Below, in pieces: positions 1-8,167 of a stretch of DNA of 24,148 bases. Origin of the DNA: Candidatus Methylomirabilia bacterium (GTDB lineage Bacteria; Methylomirabilota; Methylomirabilia; Rokubacteriales; CSP1-6); NCBI GenBank assembly GCA_041496385.1, contig JBGQEL010000060.1:1-24148 (forward strand). Reading direction: 5' to 3'. Position 1 is the stretch's first letter. Each line of letters starts with the position of its first letter. Both the position numbers and the translations under genes were made by a program. The notes beneath the pieces were generated by a model, which saw nothing but the letters and a program-made list of their open reading frames with translations, had not been told where the DNA came from and made no database searches.

Positions 1-990
1 CGGCCCTCCGAGATCCTCACGGCGCCGGCCTTCGACAACGCGATTCGCGCGGACATGGCGATCGGCGGATCGACCAACGCGATCATCCACCTGGTCGCGA
101 TCGCCGGCCGCGCCGGCGTGCCGCTGCCGCTCGAGCGGTTCGATGCGCTCTCGAAGACGACGCCGCTGCTGGCGAACCTGCGGCCCTCGGGCAAATACCT
201 CATGGAGGACTTCTTCTACGCGGGCGGCCTTCCCGTCGTCCTGCGGGAGCTGCTGCCGCTGCTCCACGGGGACGCGCTCACCGTGAACGGCCGGTCCCTG
301 GCGGACAACGTGCGCGACGCGAAGTGCTGGAACGAGGACGTCATCCGCCCGCTCGCCGTGCCGCTGGCCAAGGAGGGCGGGACCGTGATTCTCTTCGGGA
401 ACCTGTGCCCCGACGGCGCCGTCCTCAAGCAGTCGGCCGCGTCACCGCACCTCCTCACGCACCGCGGCCGCGCCGTCGTGTTCGAGGATCACGAGGATCT
501 CCACGCGCGGATCGACGACCCGTCGCTCCCGATCGACGAGGCCTCCGTGCTCGTGCTCAAGCGCGTCGGGCCGAAGGGCGCCCCCGGAATGCCGGAGTGG
601 GGCGCGGCGCCCATTCCCGCGCGGCTCCTGAAGCAGGGCGTGAAGGACATGGTGCGCATCTCGGACGCCCGCATGAGCGGGACCTCGTACGGCACCGTCG
701 TGCTCCACGTCTCGCCCGAGTCGGCGGTGGGCGGGCCGCTCGTCCTCGTCCGCGACGGCGACGAGATCGAGCTCGACGTGCCCCGGCGCACCCTCACGCT
801 GCGCGTGGGCGACGAGGAGCTGGCGCGGCGCCGGGCGGCGTGGACGCCGCGGCCGCCGACGTTCGCGCGCGGCTACGGCCGGCTCTTCCTCGACCACGTG
901 CTCCAGGCCAACGACGGCTGCGACTTCGACTTCCTGCGCGGCCGGACCCCCGTGCGGCCCGAGGACACCGCCGGGCCCTCGCACAGCTAG
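1..990 (+). CDS. IlvD/Edd family dehydratase (sugar-acid/L-arabinonate dehydratase-like), 5' partial
   Basis: Frame 1 is open from base 1 (RPSEILTAPAFDNAI...). Motifs GGSTNA, GPKGAPGMPEWG, ISDARMSGTSYG and LHVSPE; the C-terminal GCDFDFL...SH tail is typical of sugar-acid dehydratases. Confidence 0.9.
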   Translation, partial: RPSEILTAPAFDNAIRADMAIGGSTNAIIHLVAIAGRAGVPLPLERFDALSKTTPLLANLRPSGKYLMEDFFYAGGLPVVLRELLPLLHGDALTVNGRSLADNVRDAKCWNEDVIRPLAVPLAKEGGTVILFGNLCPDGAVLKQSAASPHLLTHRGRAVVFEDHEDLHARIDDPSLPIDEASVLVLKRVGPKGAPGMPEWGAAPIPARLLKQGVKDMVRISDARMSGTSYGTVVLHVSPESAVGGPLVLVRDGDEIELDVPRRTLTLRVGDEELARRRAAWTPRPPTFARGYGRLFLDHVLQANDGCDFDFLRGRTPVRPEDTAGPSHS

Positions 991-1018
991 GCGGGAGCCG
1001 GGCGCGACCCGCCGGGCG

Positions 1019-1936
1019 CTACCCGATCCGCCCCGGCCGCAGCGCCGTCCGCAGGGATCCGCCCGACACGCTCAGGATCCGCGCGGCGTCGCGCGCGCTC
1101 AGCGCGCGGCGCGCCATCACGACGGCGAGACGGACACTCCAGCGGGCGCGACGCAGGAGCCGCAGCGCGCGCGACCGCGGGACGCCGGCGAGCTCGGTGA
1201 CGAGCCGCGCGGCGCGCGCCCTGAGCTTGGCCGAGCGCGGCGCGACGTCGACCATGCGGTTGCCGTAGACCTTCCCGAGCCGGGTCATGCTCGCGGTCGT
1301 CAGCGTGTTGAGGACGAGCTTCGTCGCCGTCCCCGCCTTGAGCCGCGTGGAGCCCGCGAGCACCTCCGGGCCGGGCGCCGGCGCGATCAGCACGCGCGCG
1401 CCCGCGCGCCGGCGGACGCCCGCGTTGCAGGTGACCAGGATGGTCTCGGCGCCGCGCCGGCGCGCCGCGGCGAGCGCGGCGGCGACGAACGGCGTCACGC
1501 CGCTCGCGGAGACGCCGACGACGACGTCGCCGCGCCGCACGCGCGCCTTCACCGCGCGCCGGGCCGCGCCCGCGTCGTCCTCGGCGCCCTCGCGCGAGCG
1601 GAACACCGCGCCGCGGCCGCCCGCGATGATCGCGCGCACGAGGCCCGGAGGCGTGCCGAAGGTCGGCGGGCATTCGGCCGCCTCGAGCACGCCGAGCCGG
1701 CCGCTCGTGCCGGCGCCGACGAAGACGAGGCGGCCGCCGCGCCGGAGCGCCCGCGCGATCAGCTCGACGGCCGCGGCGATCTCCCGCCGCACGCGGCCCA
1801 CGGCCGCCACCGCCCGCCGGTCCTCTCGGTTCATGACCGACGCGATCTCGAGCGCGCTCATCCGGTCGAGCGCAAGGCTCGCGCGGTTCACCCGCTCGGT
1901 CGGGAGCCGCTCGTAGCGAATTCGCGGGGGCGCCAC
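1019..1936 (-). CDS. murQ: N-acetylmuramic acid 6-phosphate etherase
   Basis: Motifs TERVN, GAGTSGRLGVLEAAECPPTFG, EGAEDD, GPEVLAGSTRLKAGTATKLVLN and GKVYGNRMVD. Confidence 0.95.
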   Translation of the reverse strand: MAPPRIRYERLPTERVNRASLALDRMSALEIASVMNREDRRAVAAVGRVRREIAAAVELIARALRRGGRLVFVGAGTSGRLGVLEAAECPPTFGTPPGLVRAIIAGGRGAVFRSREGAEDDAGAARRAVKARVRRGDVVVGVSASGVTPFVAAALAAARRRGAETILVTCNAGVRRRAGARVLIAPAPGPEVLAGSTRLKAGTATKLVLNTLTTASMTRLGKVYGNRMVDVAPRSAKLRARAARLVTELAGVPRSRALRLLRRARWSVRLAVVMARRALSARDAARILSVSGGSLRTALRPGRIG

Positions 1937-1942
1937 GCCGGC

Positions 1943-1955
1943 ATGCTACTACTAT
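1943..1955. promoter_or_regulatory. Back-to-back -10 elements for murQ (TAGCAT, minus, 1943-1948) and namZ (TACTAT, plus, 1950-1955)
   Basis: AT-rich island in a 27-bp divergent gap; TAnnnT hexamers lie 6 and 8 nt before start codons that lack an SD. Confidence 0.6.
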
Positions 1956-1963
1956 CGTGCGGG

Positions 1964-3133
1964 ATGCCCACCGTCCTCTCGGGGCTCGACGTCCTCGTCC
2001 ATCACGAGCGCGCGCTCCTCCGCGGCCGTCGCGTGGGGCTCCTCGCGCACCAGGCGTCGGTGGACCGGCGGTACGAGCACGCCGCGCGGCTCCTCGCCGA
2101 CGCCCGCGGCGTCCGGCTCACCGCGCTGTTCGCCCCCGAACACGGCCTCTGGGGGGCGGCGCAGGATCACGCGGCCATCGGCACGGCGCGCGATCCCGTC
2201 ACGGGACTCCGCGTGTGGAGTCTCTACGGCGCGCGGCGCGCCCCGACACCCGCCATGCTCGCGGACCTCGACGATCTCGTCGTGGACCTCCAGGACGTCG
2301 GCGCGCGCTACTACACCTTCGTCTGGACCCTGAGCCTCGCGATGCGCGCCTGCGCGCGCGCCGGAGTGCGCGTCGTGATTCTCGACCGGGCGAACCCGCT
2401 CGGCGGCGAGCGCGTGGAGGGCAACGTGCCGGATCCCGCGTTCGCCTCGTTCGTCGGCCTCCACCCGCTGCCGGCGCGGCACGGGATGACGATCGGCGAG
2501 CTCGCGCGCTATCTGAACGCGGTCCACGCGATCGGTTGCGAGCTGCGTGTCGTCCCGATGCGCGGCTGGCGCCGCGCGATGCTCTGGGAGGAGACCGGCC
2601 TCCCCTGGGTCCCGCCCTCGCCCAACATGCCGGCGCCCGACACGGCGCGTGTCTATCCGGGGGGCTGTCTTCTCGAGGGCACGAACCTCTCCGAGGGACG
2701 CGGCACGACACGGCCGTTCGAGTGGCTCGGGGCGCCGTGGCTCGACGCCCACGAGTACGCGGAGGCGCTGAACGGCCTCGGGCTGCCCGGCGTCGCCTTC
2801 CGGCCGGCACGCTTCCAGCCCACCTTCCACAAGTGGGCGGGTCGCGTGTGCGGAGGCGTCCAGGTGCACGTGACCGACCGCGCGCGCTTCAAGCCGTTCC
2901 TGACGGGGCTGGCCGAGATCGCCGTGGCGCGGCGTCAAGCGCGCCGGGGATTCGCGTGGCGGCGGCCGCCGTACGAGTTCGAGCGGCGGCTCCTGCCGAT
3001 CGACATCCTGCTCGGTACCGACACGATCCGCCGCGCGCTCGAGCGCGGCGCGACGCTCGGCGCCCTCGAGCGCGCCTGGCGGCCGGGTCTCGCGGCCTGG
3101 ACCAGGCGCCGCGCGAGGTATCTCCTCTACTAG
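1964..3133 (+). CDS. namZ: Exo-beta-N-acetylmuramidase NamZ (DUF1343/YbbC, GH171), no signal peptide
   Basis: Motifs LFAPEHG, VDLQDVGARYYTF, LDRANPLGG, RHGMTIGELA, WVPPSPNMP and EGTNLSEGRGTTRPFE. Start placed at ATG 1964. Confidence 0.92.
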   Translation: MPTVLSGLDVLVHHERALLRGRRVGLLAHQASVDRRYEHAARLLADARGVRLTALFAPEHGLWGAAQDHAAIGTARDPVTGLRVWSLYGARRAPTPAMLADLDDLVVDLQDVGARYYTFVWTLSLAMRACARAGVRVVILDRANPLGGERVEGNVPDPAFASFVGLHPLPARHGMTIGELARYLNAVHAIGCELRVVPMRGWRRAMLWEETGLPWVPPSPNMPAPDTARVYPGGCLLEGTNLSEGRGTTRPFEWLGAPWLDAHEYAEALNGLGLPGVAFRPARFQPTFHKWAGRVCGGVQVHVTDRARFKPFLTGLAEIAVARRQARRGFAWRRPPYEFERRLLPIDILLGTDTIRRALERGATLGALERAWRPGLAAWTRRRARYLLY

Positions 3134-3135
3134 GC

Positions 3136-3480
3136 CTACGAGGCACCGAAGAGGCGCCCGAAGAAGTTCTTCACGCCCCGACCGACGTCCACGGCGCCGT
3201 CGCGCAGGTGCTCCCAGGCGCTCTTGGCCTTCGGCTCGGCGGCCTGGCCGCCCTCTTTGATCTTCTCGCCGCTGAACTTCGCGCCCTCGACCACGGTGTG
3301 GCCGATGCCCTTGGCCGTCTCCTCGACGCCCTCGCCGATCTTGCCATCACCGATCTTCTTGGCGCCCGTCTCCACCTGCCGCGTCGCGGCCTTGACCTTG
3401 GAGTCGTCGGCGGCGACCGCCGGCAGGCAAGACCCGAGCAGGAGCGCGCCCGCGAGCACGACTGTCGGAACCCGCATCAT
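3136..3480 (-). CDS. Small secreted hypothetical protein, 114 aa, G/K/E/A-rich amphipathic
   Basis: GGAGG SD before ATG 3480; signal-like N-terminus MMRVPTVVLAGALLLGSCLPAVAA; lies 10 nt downstream of the glycine-zipper gene. Confidence 0.75.
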   Translation of the reverse strand: MMRVPTVVLAGALLLGSCLPAVAADDSKVKAATRQVETGAKKIGDGKIGEGVEETAKGIGHTVVEGAKFSGEKIKEGGQAAEPKAKSAWEHLRDGAVDVGRGVKNFFGRLFGAS

Positions 3481-3490
3481 GATCGGCCTC

Positions 3491-3985
3491 CTAGCCTGTG
3501 TAGCCGCGCGAGCGGAGGCAGCCCGCGTAGGCCTCACGGTAGCGTTCGTCGTGCTTCTTGTTCTCGTTGAGACCGTAGAGCGTGCCGGCGCCGGCCCCCA
3601 CCACGCCGCCGACTCCGGCGCCCTTGCCCGCCCCCTTGCCGCCGTCGGCGATCGCGCCGCCGGCCGCGCCGACCGCGGCGCCGACGACCGCGCCCACGGC
3701 CGCATCCTTCACCGTGTCCATCGTCTTGTCGCGCTGGCCGGACTGCGTGGACGCGTGGCGATTGCACGCGTCCACCACGTCCTGGGTCGGCATCGCCGAC
3801 ACGGGCGCCGCCACGCCGGGGGCCGACGTCGCGCGCGCGGCGCTGCGCGGCCCCGCCTTCGGCGCCTCGGCCGTCGTCTTCTCGCCGCCCGTCCAGTTCG
3901 CGACGACCATGCCGGTCACGAGCGCTGTCGCCAGCATCAGCAAGATCGCGATCGTCGTGAGCTTCCAGGGATTCCAGCCGTTCAT
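3491..3985 (-). CDS. Glycine-zipper domain membrane/envelope protein, 164 aa
   Basis: GGGGAGGAG SD; N-terminal TM helix; GAVVGAAVGAAGGAI...GAGVGGVVGAGAG zipper flanked by two Cys (DAC, GCLRSRGY). Confidence 0.85.
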   Translation of the reverse strand: MNGWNPWKLTTIAILLMLATALVTGMVVANWTGGEKTTAEAPKAGPRSAARATSAPGVAAPVSAMPTQDVVDACNRHASTQSGQRDKTMDTVKDAAVGAVVGAAVGAAGGAIADGGKGAGKGAGVGGVVGAGAGTLYGLNENKKHDERYREAYAGCLRSRGYTG

Positions 3986-4048
3986 CGTCGACTCCTCCCC
4001 CGAGGCCACGGCTCGTGCCGCCGCCCCGCGCATGAGTCCTCGTGAGAA

Positions 4049-4064
4049 AGCAGCGGGTATGCCA
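4049..4064 (-). promoter_or_regulatory. Sigma-54 (-24/-12) promoter for the glycine-zipper operon
   Basis: Minus strand reads TGGCATACCCGCTGCT, an exact GG-N10-GC. Confidence 0.75.
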
Positions 4065-4080
4065 GCGCGCAAGACCGAAA

Positions 4081-4093
4081 AATCAAGCGGTTG
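4081..4093 (+). promoter_or_regulatory. IHF-binding site
   Basis: AATCAAGCGGTTG matches WATCAANNNNTTR exactly, is preceded by an A tract, and lies between the sigma-54 core and the putative UAS. Confidence 0.65.
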
Positions 4094-4135
4094 CGAATGG
4101 ACGCTCGGGCGTTCCTCGACCGCGGCGTGTCACCT

Positions 4136-4153
4136 GTGTCAGCAAACTGACAC
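4136..4153. promoter_or_regulatory. Palindromic enhancer-binding-protein site (UAS)
   Basis: GTGTCAG-CAAA-CTGACAC is a perfect 7-bp inverted repeat that contains TGT-N10-ACA. Confidence 0.65.
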
Positions 4154-4198
4154 CGACCCGCCTCCGTGATCGGGAGTCGATGGCGATACAATCACCGC

Positions 4199-5716
4199 GT
4201 GCCCGATCTCGAGGACCTCGTCGGCGAGCAGCTGATGATCGGCCTTCCCGGCCCGGCGCTGCGCGACGAGGATGTCCGCCTCTTCCGCGAGACCCGCGCC
4301 GGCGGCCTCATCCTCTACCGGCGCAACTTCGAGAGTCCCGCGCAGCTCCGGGCGCTGCTCGCCTCGCTGGAGTCGGCGCTCGGCCGCCGCCTGCTCGTCG
4401 GGACGGACCACGAGGGCGGGCGCATCGTGATGCTCGGCGGCGGCACCACGATCTTCCCCGACAATCTCGCGATGGGCACCGCCGGCGAGGAGGCGTTCGC
4501 GTACCGCCAGGGCCTGGTCGAGGCGCGCGAGCTCCGGCGCCTGGGCGTGGACGTGAACCTGGGGCCCGTCCTCGACGTGCTGACGGAGCGCTACAGCCCG
4601 AACATCGGCATCCGCTCGTACGGCAAGGACCCCAAGGTCGTCGCGCGCTACGGCATCGCGCGCATCCGGGGCATGCAAAAGGGCGGGCTCACGGCGTGCC
4701 CCAAGCACTTCCCGGGCAAGGGGCACTCACCGCTCGACGCGCATCTTAAGCTTCCGACGATCGACTCGTCGTGGGCGGAGATGCACGCGACGCACCTCCC
4801 GCCCTTCCTCGACGCGATCGCCGCGGACGTCGAGTGCGTGATGACGAGCCACCCGGTCTATCCGAACCTCGACGCCACGCGCGTGCCGGCGACCTTTTCG
4901 CGCCTGATCGTCGAGGAGTACCTGCGCGGCGAGGTGGGTTTCCGCGGCGCGATCGTCTCGGACGATCTCGAGATGGGGGCGGTCAGCGAGGCGTGCCCGA
5001 TCGGTGAAGCCGCGGTCCGGACGGCCTCGGCGGGACACGACCTGCTGCTCGTCTGCCACACCGAGGCCGCGCAGCGGGCGGCCGCCGCGGCGCTCACCGG
5101 CGCGTACCGGAGCGGCGCGCTCCCGCGCCGGAGCCTCGAGCAGGCGGTGGAGCGCGTGCGGCGCCTCCGCGAGCTGCGGCGCGCGCGCTTCGAGGCCGGC
5201 CCGCCCGAGCCCGAGCCCGACGGCGCACCCCTGGCGTGGGCCATCGCCACGCGCGCCGTCACGCGCGTGGCGCCGGGGCCCCCGGACTTCGGGCGCGCGC
5301 TGAACGGCCGCGTCGCCGTCGTCTTCCCGCGCTTCTCCGAGCTGGCCGCCCGGATCACGATCGAGCCCGAGGTCGCCGACGAGCGCGGGTACGTCTCGCG
5401 CGCGTTCGCGCGCGCCGGGATCGAGCCGCAGACCGTGGTGGTCTCGATCGAGCCGGGCCTCGCGGAGGTCGCCGCGGCCGCCGAGAGCGCCGCCGCGGCC
5501 GACGCCACCGTGCTCTTCCTCTACGACGCTCACCTGTACCCGTCGAACCGCGCGCTGCTCGACGCGGTCACGGCGCGCGCCCGGGCGCTCGCCGTGGTGC
5601 TCCTCCGCGATCCCTACGACGCGGCGTTGCTCGCGCCGGGCGTGCTGGGTCTGACCGCGTACGGCTGGCGGAAGTGCCAGCTCGACGCCGTGATCGCGCG
5701 CCTGACCCATCCCTGA
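4199..5716 (+). CDS. nagZ: Beta-N-acetylhexosaminidase (GH3, two-domain), no signal peptide
   Basis: Motifs DHEGG, NLGPVLDV, IGIRSYG, KHFPGKGHSPLDAH, VMTSH and VSDDLEMGA, plus a C-terminal alpha/beta domain (LRDPYD). Start at GTG 4199, 6 nt after TACAAT. Confidence 0.92.
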   Translation: MPDLEDLVGEQLMIGLPGPALRDEDVRLFRETRAGGLILYRRNFESPAQLRALLASLESALGRRLLVGTDHEGGRIVMLGGGTTIFPDNLAMGTAGEEAFAYRQGLVEARELRRLGVDVNLGPVLDVLTERYSPNIGIRSYGKDPKVVARYGIARIRGMQKGGLTACPKHFPGKGHSPLDAHLKLPTIDSSWAEMHATHLPPFLDAIAADVECVMTSHPVYPNLDATRVPATFSRLIVEEYLRGEVGFRGAIVSDDLEMGAVSEACPIGEAAVRTASAGHDLLLVCHTEAAQRAAAAALTGAYRSGALPRRSLEQAVERVRRLRELRRARFEAGPPEPEPDGAPLAWAIATRAVTRVAPGPPDFGRALNGRVAVVFPRFSELAARITIEPEVADERGYVSRAFARAGIEPQTVVVSIEPGLAEVAAAAESAAAADATVLFLYDAHLYPSNRALLDAVTARARALAVVLLRDPYDAALLAPGVLGLTAYGWRKCQLDAVIARLTHP

Positions 5717-5823
5717 CCGGTCGGGGCGGACTCCCGCGCCAGGCGCTGCCGGGCGGCCTCGGCGCGGAGCTCGACGAGCCGGTCCCCGGCGAGCCATTCG
5801 AGCGCGTACTCATTGACGTTCAT
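5614..5823 (-). CDS. Small hypothetical protein, 69 aa (MNVNEYALEWLAGDRLVELRAEAARQRLA...)
   Basis: GGAGG SD upstream; helical charged N-terminus fills the gap between nagZ and the SSS gene; the 3' end overlaps nagZ antisense by about 100 nt. Confidence 0.55.
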   Translation of the reverse strand: MNVNEYALEWLAGDRLVELRAEAARQRLARESAPTGQGWVRRAITASSWHFRQPYAVRPSTPGASNAAS

Positions 5824-5881
5824 GGGGTGTGATTCCTCCACCCCTGAGACACCGGCCGGCCGCCGGCGTGAAACGCGCGGG

Positions 5882-7357
5882 CTACGGGGCCGCGCGGCGG
5901 GGCGCCAGCGCGGTGACGGCGAGCGCCAGGGCCATCGTCCCCAGCGTCCCCACGACGACGAGCCACGACCAGGCGAAGTCGAGCACGTGCTTCTCGGACA
6001 GAACGAGCAGGACGAGATTCACGAGCGCCATCACGACCATCGCCACCACGTTCGCCGCGTCGGCAACCCGGCGGCGGCTCAGCAGGCCCAGCAGGAACAC
6101 GCCGAGCAGCGAGCCGAAGGTCACGCCCGCGATCTTGAACGCGAGCCAGAGGATCCGATCGAACGCCGAGAAGAAGTAGGCGAGCGCGCCGAGCACGAGG
6201 CCGAAGGCGACCACGCTCACGCGCGAGACGAAGAGGTAGTGGCGCTCGGGGCGGTCCCGGACCAGGAGCGGCCGATAGATATCCGTCACGAACGAGGCCG
6301 CGAGCGAGCCGAGCGGCGAGTCGATGGACGCCAGCACGATGGCGGCGAGCATCAGGCCGCGCAGCACCGCCGGCATCGCCTGCCGGACGAAGTGCGGCAG
6401 GATCTCGTCAGGTCGCGACACCGCCAGCTCGGGGTGCTGGGCGTAGAAGGTGTAGAGCGCGGCGCCGAGGCTCAGATAGATCGCGAGGGTCGCGAGCGTG
6501 CCGAGCGGGGTGAGCGAGAGCGTCCACTGGCTCTTCCGCCGCGTCTCCACGGTCAGGAGCCGCTGCATGAGATCGTGATCGGTCCCGAACGCCGCCGTCG
6601 AGCCGACGAGGCCGTTCAGCACCGCCACCCAGACGATGTTCGGATCGGTCAGCACGCGGCGCCAGAAGTCCGGCGCGCCCGGCGCCGGCCCCCAGTTGAC
6701 GACGTTCAGCCGCCCCGCCTCGCCGGCCACGCGGAGGATCGTAGCGGCGCCGCCGTCCACCTGCGTCACGAGGAACACGAGTGTCGCGAGGCCCGCGCCG
6801 AGGAACATGAGCGCCTGGAACACGTTCGTCCAGACCACCGCGGTGACGCCGCCGGTCCCGATGTAGAGGATCGAGACGGCGATGAACAGCGCGATGGTCC
6901 ACCCGAGCGACCAGCCCATCAGGATCGACACCGCGAGCGCCGCCACCATGAGCCGGACGCCGGAGCCGAGCAGGCGTGTCACGAAGAAGAAGAGCGACGC
7001 CGTGACCTGGCTCGCCTGCCCGAAGCGGTGCGCGAGGAACTCGTAGATCGTCGTGACATCGTGGCGGTAGAAGGCGGGAATGAAGAGGAACGCGACGGCC
7101 CACTTGGCGAGGCTCGAGCCCACGAAAAATTGCACGTACTCCCAGTTCTCGCTGTAGGCGGTCGCCGGCACCGAGATGATCGTGACGGCGCTGATCTCGG
7201 TGGCGAGGAAGCTGAGGCAGGCGGCCCAGCCCGGGACGCGGCGGCGCGCGAGGAAGAAGTCGACCGTGTCGTGCTGCCGCCCCGTCAGCCAGAATCCGAT
7301 CGCGAGAAGCACGAGGATGGAGCCGGCGAGGACGACGTAGTCCGGCCAGGTGAGCAC
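5882..7357 (-). CDS. Sodium:solute symporter (SSS/SLC5 family)
   Basis: About 13 hydrophobic segments; motifs DFFLARR, SFLATEISAVT, TTIYEFLAHRFG, GGVTAVVWTNVFQ and GTDHDLMQRLLT. Confidence 0.92.
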   Translation of the reverse strand: MLTWPDYVVLAGSILVLLAIGFWLTGRQHDTVDFFLARRRVPGWAACLSFLATEISAVTIISVPATAYSENWEYVQFFVGSSLAKWAVAFLFIPAFYRHDVTTIYEFLAHRFGQASQVTASLFFFVTRLLGSGVRLMVAALAVSILMGWSLGWTIALFIAVSILYIGTGGVTAVVWTNVFQALMFLGAGLATLVFLVTQVDGGAATILRVAGEAGRLNVVNWGPAPGAPDFWRRVLTDPNIVWVAVLNGLVGSTAAFGTDHDLMQRLLTVETRRKSQWTLSLTPLGTLATLAIYLSLGAALYTFYAQHPELAVSRPDEILPHFVRQAMPAVLRGLMLAAIVLASIDSPLGSLAASFVTDIYRPLLVRDRPERHYLFVSRVSVVAFGLVLGALAYFFSAFDRILWLAFKIAGVTFGSLLGVFLLGLLSRRRVADAANVVAMVVMALVNLVLLVLSEKHVLDFAWSWLVVVGTLGTMALALAVTALAPRRAAP

Positions 7358-7409
7358 GATCTATTGTAACGGAGCCGCGGGCGGGAACCGCGAGGCTCAG
7401 TCGGCGCGG

Positions 7410-7436
7410 ATCCCGGACGGCGTCGCCGCCCGGGAC
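7410..7436. terminator. GC-rich hairpin downstream of the MlaC-like gene (possible terminator)
   Basis: TCCCGG-A-CGGC...GCCG-C-CCGGGA imperfect inverted repeat; no U-tract. Confidence 0.25.
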
Positions 7437-7452
7437 CCGCCGCCGCTGGAGA

Positions 7453-8061
7453 CTACTTCGGCCGGCGTTCGGCGACGGCCGTGTCGAAGTTCTTCTTGCG
7501 CAGGCGGTCGACCAGCGCGCCGTAGGACTCGGCCTGGATCACGCGGTCGAACTGGCTGCGGTACGTCGAGACGAAGCTCACGCCGTCGATCAGCACGTCG
7601 TAGACCTGCCAGTGGCCGTCGCGGACGTGCATGCGGTAGTCCAGCGCCGTCTCGGTGCGCCGCTGCGTGACCACCTTGGAGCGCACGGTGGCGAAGCTCC
7701 CGTCCACCGCCTCGCCCGTGAACGTGATCTTCTCACCCGCGTACCCCTCGAGGCGATTCATGTACGCGCGCTCCAGCAGGTCGCTGAAGAGCGCGACGAA
7801 CTCGGTCTGCTCGTCGGACGTGCGCGTCGCCCAGTGACGCGACATCGCGCGCCGCGAGATCTCGTCGAAATCGAACAGCTCACGGGCGAGCCGGCGGATC
7901 TCGGCCGGTCGGTCGGCGACCGGCTTGCCGTTGACCTCGCCATCCTGCAGGACGTTCAACACCCGCACGATCGACGACTCAATAGTCTCGCGCGGTCCCA
8001 CGACCGGCGCGGCCACTGCCGCTCCGGCCACCATCAACCACGCTGCCAGTGCCTTGCCCAT
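7453..8061 (-). CDS. mlaC: MlaC/Ttg2D family periplasmic phospholipid-binding protein
   Basis: SD GGAGGA; signal peptide; motifs FDFDEISRRAMSRHW, EFVALFSDLLERAY, LDYRM and WQVYDVLIDGVSFVSTYRSQF. Confidence 0.88.
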   Translation of the reverse strand: MGKALAAWLMVAGAAVAAPVVGPRETIESSIVRVLNVLQDGEVNGKPVADRPAEIRRLARELFDFDEISRRAMSRHWATRTSDEQTEFVALFSDLLERAYMNRLEGYAGEKITFTGEAVDGSFATVRSKVVTQRRTETALDYRMHVRDGHWQVYDVLIDGVSFVSTYRSQFDRVIQAESYGALVDRLRKKNFDTAVAERRPK

Positions 8062-8088
8062 GATCCGGTCCTCCTGCCCCCCTGAAAG

Positions 8089-8104
8089 AGCACGGCCCAT
8101 GCCA
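8089..8104 (-). promoter_or_regulatory. Sigma-54 (-24/-12) promoter for the mlaC-like gene
   Basis: Minus strand reads TGGCATGGGCCGTGCT, a GG-N10-GC; the predicted start site (about 8078) lies just upstream of the SD. Confidence 0.75.
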
Positions 8105-8167
8105 TGGGCCGGCGCGGCCTAAACCTTTACAATTCCGGCGGGTACGCGAGGCCGCATAATGGACAGA

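Noticed and set aside
990..1013. GGCGGG...CCCGCC inverted repeat between the convergent dehydratase and murQ
   Set aside because: Short stem, large loop, no U-tract; likely by chance at this GC content.
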